A stretch of 63,820 bases of DNA, filler included, from Sphacelaria rigidula (lineage: Eukaryota), in assembly GCA_964200075.2 (NCBI GenBank). It is 6 parts of 6 records of this genome, joined end to end, with 100 filler letters (N's around TTAATTAATTAA, not from the genome) between each part and the next. Parts side by side here need not be neighbours in the genome. Positions count along the whole stretch, not along the records: positions 21,310 to 31,863 come from CAXNAA020006285.1; positions 31,964 to 42,516 come from CAXNAA020006286.1; 4 more parts are not named here. One strand, written 5' to 3'. Under the pieces are notes generated by a model. It did not search any database. It was not told where the DNA came from and saw only the letters and a list, made by a program, of their open reading frames with translations. Numbering within the stretch: position 1 is the stretch's first letter; each line of letters starts with the position of its first letter. Of the stretch, positions 24,401 to 36,954 are shown in pieces. A program made the position numbers and the translations under genes.

Positions 24401-25955
24401 TCAAGGTCTGGTGACCTGATGATAGCCTGAGTGTTCCTTTTTATCACTTTACATCTACCGCTGCGCGGCAGCTGTGAGTATGTACTACACGTGTTGTTTC
24501 GTTGAACAGACCACAGTATCGTCTCTTCGATCAGGCTGGTGAGTAGCATGCCGGGGGCTCAACCCGAGACACGTTAGACTTCAGCTCTCTAGAGGAAGCA
24601 ACGTCCACAGCAGTTCGATGGTACAGAATGCTCAGCACAGCTTGTTAGAAACACTCTACAGCGACTGTAGCAGGTTCGTCCGACGGAGACAAAACCGGAG
24701 GTGACAAGTCCGCACAGGCCGACAACACCCTGCGATGATGAGAGAAGATGATGCGAAAGGGGGGGCGGGTGTTACTGGCGGTGCTGGAGAAGTGCTGGGC
24801 AGAGAAGTGGGTGAAAGCTCGGCAGAAGCACTTCGAGCGCCACGCTATTGTCCACGTCAATGTTACCCCGATCGGTTTTCGCATCGAACTGATCAATTGA
24901 TACCATAGCCCCCACACCATATCTTGATGATGACCATGCGGATGAACGACCCTGCCCTTGCGCACCATTGCAATTGGCGTTGGATTTGCGAATATGGCAT
25001 GTTCCCGGCCGAATACGACATGTCGTGCTATACCAGGTTTCTGCTGTAGACTGTAGGGCTGTCGGCAACTTGCATTGGAACAGATTTTTTCACGAAACTC
25101 TAACATATACTCCTGAGTAGGAAAGTACAGCAAGTCAGGTACAGCAAAGTAACATGGAAAACTCTGTGCGATAGTACACTGATTGCTGTGGATACATGTA
25201 TCTGCGTGTATGGCCGCAGGCACGCATTCTGATCACATACATAATCGCGTGAAAATATGAAGCAAGCACCTCTACAAAACAGAATATATATGTATATATA
25301 TATATGTTGTACATGTGCACCAACGTGAAGAATGCATCGTACTTCCTCACCATGCCACAAGCGCCGCATATTGCAACTCAGCACCAGAAAAACGCCCCCG
25401 ACTCAGGCAACCGCGGAATTCGAGATATTTCAATGACCAGCCGACGAAGCAACAATGCCCAGAGGTTGGCCTGCAATACCATGCGAGCTAGCCCGTTTTC
25501 GTGTACACCAGTAGTTGCTACACGTGCAAAAACTGGAAGAGCATCAACGAAACATGACGTTCTGAAAACGACACAGGGATAGCGGACAACTATACCAGGG
25601 GCTAGGTGACAATCAAAGACGCTCGTGAATGCATTGCTCCACTGATACAACAGCTTTGCTGCAGAGACAAAAAGAGGAGAAAATGTTGCGCACACTATTT
25701 ACATGCACCTGCGGACAAATCAACGTCAACAAAACCAAGTTCCCTTGTGCCAGACGTCCGTGTAGAAGTGCTTCGGATAAAATGAGTAGAGCATGACGAA
25801 ATTACTTTCAGGTCACCTCAAAATTGCAATTCTGATACTATTCAGTTAAACCGCTACATGGGGGTAACTCGTTTTTGTTTTTTTCGGAAGAGGAAAAATA
25901 TTGAAACATGCGAAATTTTCTCACCATTTTTCGCGGGGGCAAAACGCACCCTTAC

Positions 25956-28248
25956 CTTAACAGCACCGGAAACTCCGATGGGGATGGGCTGCAATGCAGC
26001 GCGCGCCGCGTCGATCTTCAGAACCGCCACATCCTTGTCTGGATCGTAACCCTGTATAACAGGCCAATGTCCGACGGAGTAAAAATGGTAAATACGCCAT
26101 GGAACATATCGGGTATCGCCTACAATACAGTATCTCATGTCGCCCCCGTCTTGTCTTTGACCCTCCTTCTCGTCGCTTTGCCTTTTCTATCCCCATGCGC
26201 AGCCCCGCGTGTGTCCCCTCGCCGTGATCTAGCGTGACTCGTGAAGAACGTTTTCGAAAAAAACAGCCGTCGTCCGTCATCATCCACGATTGTAATATAA
26301 CAATTACGTCATCATCCGGCGTGACCCGTCGGCATGTTTACAGGGTGCATCCAGGAGTGGGAAGGGGGGGGGGGGAACGTACCGCGTGGCCTCCAGTTGA
26401 CAACATCACGACCGTGTCTGAAATCCTGCCAAAAAGTTCTCCTTAACTCGACGAAGCGAAAACGTGAAAATCTTGGAGGAAGAGACGTGGAGAGCATAAA
26501 ATGTCGCACGACAATCTTTTGACACTGTTCAGGCATCTGATTGTACATGAAGACTATGCAAGGTTTTCACCAAAGCTACATTGGAACTCCGTATATCCGT
26601 CACGTGTACACCTGCCGCGCCCCAATGGTCCACAGGGTAAATTGTACTCTGTGAAAGCCGGTGAATGAGAAGTTGAGGGTCGAATCCCACCAAATACGTA
26701 TTTTTTCATTCCCTTGACAAATATCTGTCGATTGTCAAACGACTGAGGCAAGCAACGAATGAAAACGCCCTTCCCCCCCCTCAGAAATATCTGCTTTCCG
26801 TTTTCTGTCTTCGTAATTGTGAGGAAATAAGTAGCAAGGAATATACGACAAGAGTCGATGCGATGCGGGGGTGGTGATTCAATCCGCGTCACTGAAATGA
26901 CAGGCATGTACCGGAGGAAAAATGGCTTTGTCCCATCCCTTCACATGATGGAGTCGTCCCAGGCAAGGGAAGGGAAGGAAAGGGATTCAATGTGTGACGA
27001 ACAATACACTCATACAGAATATAATTAGCACTTGTTTCTTGTTTCATTACTTTAATGTTTTTGTCCGATCTATCTCATCTTTCATCCTTTCTTCCTCATA
27101 CATTTTTTTTCATCTCACACCATTCTCGCATTTCCTTTAGCAAGCGTTTTTTTTCGTTTTGTTTGACCACAGGCACTTGTAACTTGTCACCACGACAGGA
27201 TGCCTCGGGTCACAATAGATCATTGTCATGCGCCACAATCAACCCATCATCGACAGTCTTCAAGGTTGTGTTCGGCAGGGTATACCGGCTGAAATTCGGG
27301 TATTTGTACAAGTATAAACAAAAGAGGCGTTTTTATCGATAAGTACCCTTCCCAATCTTGCCGGATTGTTCCGAATAAGGCCCGATACCCCGCAGCACTA
27401 CACCGAAATATTCTGTAGACATTCCGATGTGATTTAGAATGCCAACCGAAAATCCCCGACTTCCGGGTATATACCCCAAAAACGACAACCTTGAAAGCAT
27501 TTACTGCAGATGATTTGCTCACCTTGACCTCCGCCTGAAACGTCTTCTGTGTCCCGTCCTTGAGGGTAAGGCGTACCTGTGCCGACTGGGCCTCTCTGCG
27601 CACTCCAAGGCGACACGATTGGACAAGGAGCAATGTGGCGTTCAAGCGAAGAAGCAGTTGCTCAGGAATACAACGTGCACACCCCATTCAATGCCAGGAA
27701 AAATGTAGGAAATATACGATAGACTATCGACGAGCAACGAGGCGTTTAGCCGCAAATCCAGTCGCCAAAGAATCCGCGCACTCAACAAGCCATGGTGTTA
27801 TACCGACAGCAGTTACCGGCCAACAACGTTCCCGTTACGGACAAGATTGTGTCCCGACCCGATATTGTCGGTCATCTCTCTCAAATGCGGGTGCATTTAC
27901 AACGAGCACAGCGGGTCCTTGCCGAACAACCTGAACATGTCACCATCGTGAGGTATCTGTGGGATCCTCTCTTACACTGTCGCCGTTGGGGTGTGTGCAA
28001 CTCGTGACGAAATACCAAAAGTGCGAGAACGTTCTTCGCTTGAAATTCGATTCCGCTGTTTCTCAGAATTTTCTTCAAGTGAACACTATGATGAATTCTT
28101 ACCGGATCACGTGGAAGTTGGTCACGATGTGACCCTTATCATCCCACACGAAGCCGGTTCCGGTGCCCGCCGGAACCTCGAGGACGTTCATGCTGAAAAT
28201 ATCTCTCTGACTGACGAATGTGCTGATGTATACCACTCCAGGAGTCGA
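25956..28248 (-). CDS. DEG1: Deg/HtrA trypsin-like serine protease (Deg1-like), internal exons only
   Basis: Exons 28248-28103, 27595-27523 and 26051-25956, GT-AG and in phase: STPGVVYISTFVSQRDIFSMNVLEVPAGTGTGFVWDDKGHIVTNFHVIR|EAQSAQVRLTLKDGTQKTFQAEVK|GYDPDKDVAVLKIDAARAALQPIPIGVSGAVK. Catalytic His (TNFHV) and Asp (KDVAVL) are present. Closely resembles plastid Deg1 from recall; orthology untested. Confidence 0.9.
26613..26990 (+). mobile_element. SINE-like repeat family B, diverged copy in a Deg intron
   Basis: CCGCGCCCCAATGGT head, GGTCGAATCCC B-box-like motif, body ATCCGCGTCACTGAAATGACAGGCATGTACCGG. Confidence 0.55.
27259..27495. mobile_element. MITE-like element with terminal inverted repeats
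   Basis: TTCAAGGTTGT...ACAACCTTGAA termini with further imperfect subterminal symmetry (GGGTATAC/GTATATACCCC). Confidence 0.55.
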
Positions 28249-28470
28249 CTGCGGGACGGACAGCGGCGAGCGCGATCGATTGCTTGACGCGAAAGGTTTC
28301 CAAGATCGGGGTGCAAAAAAAGAAAAAACAGCTCGTGATCGACATCTCGCGGAAGGGAGCACCACGCCTCCGGCCCTCAAGTTGCGGTACCCCCTTGAAG
28401 TGCGATAAACACCGCTGCCACAAGTTCAACCCGCTGTACTGTTATCAAGTGATTATATTGCATTATGATA

Positions 28471-28529
28471 TAGGGTTCCGCTATAGTGCGGTCATGCCGC
28501 TCATCACCGCACTATAGCGGGACACCTAG
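28471..28529. repeat. Short perfect hairpin
   Basis: CCGCTATAGTGCGGT (28478-28492) and ACCGCACTATAGCGG (28506-28520) form a 15-bp perfect stem with a 13-nt loop. Confidence 0.85.
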
Positions 28530-30384
28530 TGTGTCCGGGGTTGGGGCAAGAACAGTCCGGGGGTGTTACTGTAAAAGAAACGACGATTGGAACACTTTTC
28601 CTCTTATCGTACGGCGGCACGTAATGCTTGATGCTGCAGGATACAGACAAACACAACGGGGTCCAGCATGTTTCGACACAAATAACCACGGCAGTGACCA
28701 CGGCCAATCGGTCGCCCAACGGATCGGTCTCGGAGCAGCACGAGATAATGCAGGATTGTCACGAGGCTCAACAAGCACAAGCAACGGTCGAGGTGTTGCA
28801 ATCAGACGCCAGATTCGAATCTGCACGACCATACCATTCGGGACGACCTAGTCTAAGCACCCGATTCACCACGTGCGATTTTTTTCCGCATGATTCGAAA
28901 CCAAGGGTAAAATTAGGCACAAGCAAAATACCACATTTGCTACAATAAATATCGTTGTATTGAAAGTACGGGCAGTGACCTTTTGTCGACGAAATAGTCT
29001 CCGGAGCCGTTCGTCACATGAGACTCTGACAAAAGTTCGGCGGGATTTACACCGAAATGCAAGCGCCCGCTCGCGCGGTACTTGCCATAATTCACTTGGT
29101 GAACGAAACAGCGGCAGCTGTACTGTCTAGTGCCTACAGGTATGGACTGTCCATAATACCCAGACCCGCGCTTACGTGTACTGTGCATTGCTCTCCGTCT
29201 GTGCAGCGGGACTTCATGCACTGTGCTGCGCAGTATGCTGCCACCGTTCATTTATGCATGCATGTATCATGACGTTTTGTACAGCAATGTGCTGTAGTTG
29301 CGACGACAGTCTGTACTGTAGCTCAGCGGTGCTGGCTGCAGTACAGACAGTACACTACTACTGCACCGCACCTTGTCTTTACCGCTTCTCTATACCGTGA
29401 TGTGTACAACTGTTCTGCACATACGTACCGTCTGCGTACCAAGTTACACCATGTGCTGGATGTGAGGATCTTCTCCAAAACCTCTATTTCGACGGATTTT
29501 TCTCAACTCTTTGGGAACTCTCCCCTCCCGTCCCCGGTCCAGACGTCTCATTACTTCAAGCGCTGACAAAGAAGGAAAGATGGGAAAAGAAAGTGCTGAC
29601 AACAACCATTTTTGCGGCGAAAGGTGACAGAAGATTTCACCGACATACGTCATGCTCGCACCCAAAATGTCGCCCCGATGCGGTCGGATTAGTTTTATCG
29701 AATGGGGGGATGCAACGGGCCAAGTATGTTCAAGTTTGTGCACACAACATAAACCAGCACCGCGGCCTCTGGATTTCATACAACAAAAATCAGCACCACC
29801 TTTATATCTTCTATATATATTTAGTCCCGTGTGGCACTGCGGCACACACACATATATATATCGGTGACGCACCCCCACCGGAGTGTTGTTGTGCTGCAGT
29901 CCGGAGGTCATACCCGCCAAACATTTGGCAAGGGTGTCAAGCCACATCACATAAACAAAGAAGCATGGTCGAGTACACAGAAATCCCCTCACCACACGTG
30001 AAAGGATTGACGTGCGATACAGTATTTACGCGATTCACCGCCAGTTGGAAGCGGTCGCGGGTCTGAAAACACGCCTTGGGCAAAATAGTGGTCCTTGGAA
30101 GCTGCAAACAATCAACCATATGTTGTTCGAAAAACAGCACCTCGAAATCAGCACTTTTCCATTGCCAATACCAAACGGGTTAATCTCCCCGAAAACAGTA
30201 TATTTTAGCTCGACAAGACGGGCGGGAAAAGCGTGTCTGCCGGGGGAAAAAAATCCTCATCCCGGACAATTTTTCCGCCAGAAAAGGGCTCATAAGAATC
30301 AGTTTCAGAAAAATAAATCGGAATTCCCCACCCCCCGAATCTTTGCCCGAAATTTTTCTTTCGGACCACAAGAAGCATCTTCGG

Positions 30385-30881
30385 CCGCTGCTTATAGCAG
30401 ACAAAGAAAAATCCGGGAAAGTGCCTTTTTGCCGTCTCCACGTCGCTTTACGCCCTAGAAGAGAGCCAGGCAGGTTTTGACACCTTGGAATGACCTTGCG
30501 GTACTCGTTGAGACGGTTCCAGCACACCTGTGTTTTTTCCGGGTGGCCGCAATTTTTTCCTCGCCCAGCCGTGCATTTTTTTCGGAGACCGCTCATTTTC
30601 TCGGAGACCGGTCACGTCTGGGAAAACTTCTCGATTTTTTGTGGACGTGACCGGTCTTGAATAAAAAAATGAGTGGTCTCCGAGAAAAATGCAAGGTTAA
30701 GCGAGGTAAAAACTGCGGCCACCGGGAAAACGCGCAGGTGTGCTGGATCCGTCTCAACGAGTACTGCAAGGCATTCCAAGGCGTACAAATCCGCCTAGCT
30801 GTCTTTTAGAGCGTAAAACGACGTAGAAGCTCCAAAAAGGCATTTTTCCAGATTTTTATCCTTGTCTGCTATGAGAAGCGG
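30385..30881. mobile_element. ~500-bp foldback element (two ~240-bp inverted arms)
   Basis: Left arm CCGCTGCTTATAGCAGACAA...GTACTCGTTGAGACGGTTCCAGCACACCTG...GACCGGTCACGTC is colinear with the reverse complement of the right arm GACGTGACCGGTC...CAGGTGTGCTGGATCCGTCTCAACGAGTAC...TTGTCTGCTATGAGAAGCGG. Confidence 0.85.
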
Positions 30882-31863
30882 ATTTGAGCACGTCAATCGA
30901 TCAACAACAACACAACGTAAGGACAGCCGCGTTCAGGGTGCCCGAAGGCTAAGAAAATCATTCAAGGCTGCCAACATTTGTTCATGATCGTTGAAATCGT
31001 GATACCACTTTCTCTTAGGTTGCGCACCACAGAGCCAACACCTCGACGTCTCATGTTAAAGTAGTGTCGTTTTCTTGCGACGCAAAGTCCCCCCGACCAT
31101 GATCTGGGTGGCTGTGTGCCCATCATGTCACGTCCCAGCCTTTCAGCACACGGATTCTCCACACGTGTAGAATCATCCTAGCTACTACTCGAGTTTTTTT
31201 GCTCAACCCGCCCTTTTCGTGCTCCACCTTTGCAGGGTTACGTCCATATTTTTCGTCTCTTGTCTCCTAAGGGGTCTGTCTTATCAACGGAGCACGCTTC
31301 AGGTATTTTTCAACTTTTTTTTCAGGAATTGCATTCGTTTATTTCCGACTTCTCCCAAAAAACGATTGCGCGAGAGAATTCCGCCGCTAGATTTTCGGAG
31401 ATTTTTGTCGTCAGTCTATATATTTGTTCATGTAATCATTTGTCAAGTGAAATTGACCCTAACTCAACAGATGACCTACAGTGGTTTCCAGCTGAGGGCA
31501 CTCCTGTAATTTTTACGTAGTCGACGACTTTTAGTAGTTTTTTCGCGTGCCACCGCTCATCCCAGTGAACGTTTGATCCCGAAGTTTGAGGATCGGGAGA
31601 TACTAGGCATCCGCTCCACATTTCGAAGCGGAAATTATCTTCGCGCTCAGTATTGAACGGCTTACGGGCTGAATTGACAGGGGGTGCTATTGACCGTTTT
31701 TGGGCCGAAACACCTTTTCTTCCGGCTCTAGCGCAATGAATATGTCAAAACAAAAAAACTAGGGCCCTTAAAATTATTCACGAGAGCGATCGGGATTGAT
31801 CCCTCCTCCCCTCCGCTGGTCCGGCGAAAACCCGGCGTGCTCCGTCCCGGCTTTTGTAGGGAT

Positions 31864-31963
31864 NNNNNNNNNNNNNNNNNNNNNNNNNNNNNNNNNNNNN
31901 NNNNNNNTTAATTAATTAANNNNNNNNNNNNNNNNNNNNNNNNNNNNNNNNNNNNNNNNNNNN
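31864..31963. other. Artificial contig spacer
   Basis: N44-TTAATTAATTAA-N44. Confidence 0.98.
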
Positions 31964-34900
31964 TGCCATGGGTCCCAAGATATAGAGTTTTTCCCGCCAG
32001 GTGCCTCAAGCGTATCTTAATTGGTACATTTCCCTCTATACATGGACGATCCCATCGCATGTTATTCTTCATGGGAGAGCCACCTAACCCTACTTGAAGA
32101 CATGTTCAAAGCACTACAAGCAGCGGGCCTCACCCTGAAGCTATCAAAAGCACAGTTTGGACCAAAGGAAGTTAAATACCTAGGACACACTCTGTCAGCG
32201 GACGGTATCAGATTGAGTGACGACCGTATCAAAGCAATACTGGACTTACCCAAACCAAGCAACATCAAGCAGTTACGACCATTGCTCGGCATGATCAACT
32301 TTGTGCGAAAATGAATCCCAAATGTGGCCGAAGTTACGGCACCCTTGGTTGACCTCACAAAGAAAGGAGCGGTAAAAGAAGTAGAAAAAAGTTGGAAGGC
32401 AGAACATGACGAATCTTTCGCGGAAGTAAAACGACTCTCGACAACTTCTCCAGTTTTACACTTCCCGGACTTCTCCAAAGAATTTGTGGTCCAAGTTGAC
32501 GCTAGCAATGAAGGGGTAGGTGCCCACCTTTGGCAAAAGAAAGGCGAAGACCAAGCGATCATAGCCTACTTCAGCCAACGCTTAAACTCTGCCCAAAAGC
32601 ACTATTCCGCAACCCTGAAATATTGTTACGCTGTTATTTTAGCGATCCAACACTGGAGGCATTTTTTGTGGGGCAGGCATTTCACTTGTGTAACAGATCA
32701 TGCAGCGCTGCGGTACTTATGTCCAATGCAAGATACAAGCAACATGCCGACCAGATGGGCTATTGCTTTGTAATCATATGACTTTACAGTACAGCACAAA
32801 GCGGGGAAACTAAATATCATACCCGACACTCTATCGCGACTCTTTAAATTCAAGCGACAACAGGAAAACGAAGTCGAACCCCTACTCGCTCCGATATGTC
32901 GTAGCGTGTCAGGAGATCCCGCATTACACACGGGAAAACAGCACCAGCCATTTCAGTTATCTGCCGATAATTTGGATAATCTGAAACCGGTACAAAGCGA
33001 CAGAGAGCTGTTCACAGTAAAGGCAGTTTACAGCAGCGCATCGAATGTTTTCATGTCTGTGGACAAGCAAAAATTGCGAGCAGATCAGGGAACATAATAT
33101 GGCCCCTACATTCAATATTTGAATGACCACACCTCACCAATCCCGGAAAAAGAAACGTTCGCAACCATGTCTTACTACTCAGTCCAAGACGATATTTTGT
33201 ACGGGTCTTATCTGCCAGGGCATCTCCGGAAAAGAGGCACCTTTCGTGATCAACTAGTGGTACCCAAAGCCCTAATAAGGCTCATACTGCACTCGTATCA
33301 CGATCATGCATTATCCCGAGGCCACCTCAGTGTCAAACCGACTTACGAAAACGTCAGAGCGCAGTATTGGTGGCCGTCAATAAGCAGGGACGTACGAAAT
33401 TGGTGTAGAGAATGCCAGGCATGCCAACGTCGGGAAACAGCCCACAATCGTCCAAAACTCCCTACAGGCCATATACTTGTATCCATAGACTTGGTCGAGT
33501 ATAAGACGATTTCCAACTCTTAAGCTGGAGTGCCATGCAGGTATGTCATGTCCGTAATGGATCATTTGACACGCTACGCACTTTTTATCCCGATCACAAA
33601 CAAATCTGCCGTTACCGTAGCACGAATGCTCGTCGACAGAGTTTTATCAACATTCGGCATCCCGGAAACGTTACACTCTGATAGAGGCAGGGAATTTGAT
33701 AACCAAGTGATCTACCAGCTACAGACTCTGCTGCAATTCGAGAAACCCGCACGCCTCCGTTCAGACCTCAAGACAAAACTCGGTTTCAGAGCGGGCACAC
33801 TCAACCCTACACGCGATGCTGGCAATGCACAGTTCAGTCAAGCAAGACAACTGGGCAACAATGTTGCCATATGTTCAAATGGCGTACAACACCTCATTCA
33901 ACACAACGGTGCAAGAAACCCCATAATTCTTGTTGTTCGGACGGCAACCAAATTTGCCAGTTGATATAATTCTAGGCATCTAAGATGTAGGACATGCAGC
34001 AGATGTCGAAGAGTACACGAAACAACAAAGAGACAATTTACAGCTGGCTTTCGAACTCGCAAGACGCAATCTGCAAGAACGCGCAGATAAGCAGAAAGCA
34101 AGCAATGACAAACTCAAGTCTTTTCCCACGTTCGAACCGGGACCAAAAATATTACTATATATAGACCGTACCAGGATACCGACGGCCCAAATCCAAAACT
34201 GCTGTCGCCTTGACGAGGTCCGTACACTATTTGTTCCAAAATTTCGCTACTAGTATACACAGTAAGGTTGGGCAACGACGCAAGAGAAACGTCCGTACAC
34301 TTGGCTCACTTGAAAGTATACTACGCACAGGAGAAAGCACCGGCCCCTGATTTTGATCGCCTTGCCGACTTTTTTCTAGGGAAAAAACTGCCTCTTCCAG
34401 AGGTAGACCGCCCAGGTGTAGCACAACCAATAATTGAATGCTACACCGTTGACCGAATAGTGGGTCATAAACGAGGCCCAGGGCGAAAAAGTGACTTCAA
34501 CTATAAATACCGCCTCAGACTCACGGGTTACGGCCCATCAGCTGGCCTAGAGTGTCGAGCAGACGAGGTACCCCAATGTCAACACCTCATAGACGCGTAC
34601 AGAATTAAGCACAAACTGAACAGCGCGCCTTCACCAGACCCGCCGTCTCGTAACACGAGAAAGCGAAAGCGGGTTAGTGAAACGGTTCGAGCGGAGACCA
34701 AATTTCCCATAAAGAACAATGCCCGGCAACGTGCACTTGTAGGGAAATTTCCCACTACATGCAGACGCGTTCGGTATAAAATCAAGACGAAGGAGGATTG
34801 ATGCCATGGTCAGCCCGACCACAAGGACTTCAGCGATGAAGAGAGAATCGACCCAAAGGTCTGAGCTCTTACCAGCAAAATAGGGGTATTGCTGGCGAGG

Positions 34901-35876
34901 ATGGTCGTGGAAATTTTGCAATCTTGGAAGTACACCACTCCAGACATGCAAATAATAGCCACCGTTCTCTTTTTGTCTTGATATTTGTCTTCCCCAGACA
35001 TGGGTATTACCATATCATACGGTAATCACCACGGTTAAAGGTCCAAGCAAAAGGCGGGACGGCAACCCACTCTTATGCGAAAACCCAATGTTTTCCACTG
35101 AATCGCCCATAAATTAGCATCTATGGGGTCATCGCAATCTGTACTGACCACACAGGTTTCACAGATGCCGCGATCAAGTGACCAAGTCACCAACCGCCGA
35201 CACAAGTATGCTGGTCACATGAACCTGGATGCGAACGTCCATAAAATTTACCGTCGTGTGTTTACTCAACACGACAGTATAGAGGATATGTCACGTTCTC
35301 ACACAGGCCAGTATAATGGTATCATAACACACACGCAATGAGGAATCCACGTAATCATTCTCTTCATGAATGATCGCTTCAGTCCCTCGAATCGAGAGAA
35401 TTAAGGCGCATCAAAGGGGAGGGGTGATGTGGAGACCACGTATGTATGAGCGTAATGACATCCATATACACATGTGAGCCGGAGAAAGAGTCTCAGGAAC
35501 GGAGTCCGCCAGTGACACACATGAGCGGACTCGAAACGTTCAAACCTGTGAAACTGGATCTTTAGCAAACCTAGGCAACGGGATCTACGATATAATAACT
35601 CAGAAGAACAAGAGTCACCGCATGAATCCTGGTTGAACGGACCGGTGCGCTGTACAGACCCGTTCACTCGTTCTTCTAGCCTACCCTTGACCACGGTCGA
35701 ATCCTTGACTAAACATCAAAGAGAAAATCACGCCTCGCTTTGGAGATTCTTCGGCAGCAGGGCACGGCAACTTCCTACTGCCTCACCTGGAGCGAAGCCT
35801 GTTTCACACAGTTGTTTATTAAATTCCAACAGTATTCATACCACCCAACGAAGCTTCAGTCGCATGCAAGCTCACA
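31964..35876 (+). mobile_element. Ty3/Gypsy (chromovirus-like) LTR retrotransposon, decayed: RT-RNaseH-integrase-chromodomain, PPT and probable 3' LTR
   Basis: RT LYMDD..KAQFGPKEVKYLGH..LRPLLGMINFVRK; RNase H VDASNEGVGA..YFSQRL..TDHAAL; integrase zinc finger HDHALSRGH..CRECQAC; core MDHLTRY..HSDRGREF; chromodomain YTVDRIVGHK..YKYRLRLTGYGP (~34440-34600). Many stops and frameshifts. PPT AAAGGGGAGGGG precedes TGTGGAG at 35428. LTR end at CTCACA 35876 is tentative. Confidence 0.92.
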
Positions 35877-36195
35877 ACGAATGTGTGAGGTCGTACAACA
35901 CATGCATACACTCCTTTTATCCGTGCAATCAGATAGTCTCACCCCTTTTGCACTATCACTAACGAGCGGATTGCCGCTCGACGTAAGGGGCACAAAGCCA
36001 CCGGTGTTGACGGTTGAATATCACATGACCGATCTATGCCTGACAGCAGCCGTCGAGTCCGCAGCGCGTCTAATATCACAGTTTTGCTTGAGCAACGACA
36101 AAATATATGAGTCTCTGCTACAGCCGGGCTTTTTTCTCGGGTACGTCTATCATACGACAGTGGCTGGATCCCTGGGAGATCTGTTGATGTGCGGT

Positions 36196-36226
<31 letters not shown>

Positions 36227-36954
36227 TAACCAATCGACATGGAGTCGTATTCTCCCGTGAGGTAGTGGATCATGTTCCCCTGATACCATATGCAACACTC
36301 GCGTACTGTGTAAATTTAGAGGGCTAATGGCACAGTTCTACGTAGACATCAATCCATCCACCAATTTACTCGAAGCGGCTCAAAGTCCAATAAACCACCA
36401 TATAGATGGATTCGATCGATGTTCTGTCAACATATCATACACGTATCGTGTCAGAGGACAGCACGCCTTACTCCTTTATCCACACCCTTTCCAACCGCGT
36501 GACCTCGTTGACGAAACGATGAGTTATCGTGCCGAAGCACGCATGTTTACGTAGACTTGAAGCATCATCACATGGCCACGACGGGGTCAGCCGACACGCA
36601 CATACGTGTTAACCACGAAACACTGCAGGGCACAATACGGAAGCAGGAATGGACGCGTGGGGTACAGTACAAGGGGAAAAAATCAATGAGCCATACTTCC
36701 AGGTTGTGCAGTGACTGAAAATGGAGAGTATATCTCCTTTTGGAGGCTTCTAACCACGTCTGGTTACTACTATGGTGTGTGCAGCGAAAGCGGAAAGCTG
36801 AACGCACTCGGCTCCCCAAAGCTTCATCGGCATCACCAGCCTGTAACCCCACCAACGTCAACAATAAAAGGTCTCAGTCACGCGCGTCGCGAATAGTCGT
36901 GACCAAGTGTTGAACAAGACATTGAACGTGCACAGATACAATCCAGCGACGGAC

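Noticed and set aside
23977..24419. Overlapping plus-strand ORFs of 113-141 aa
   Set aside because: No usable acceptor for the most protein-like frame, they run into the palindrome, and no family is recognisable.
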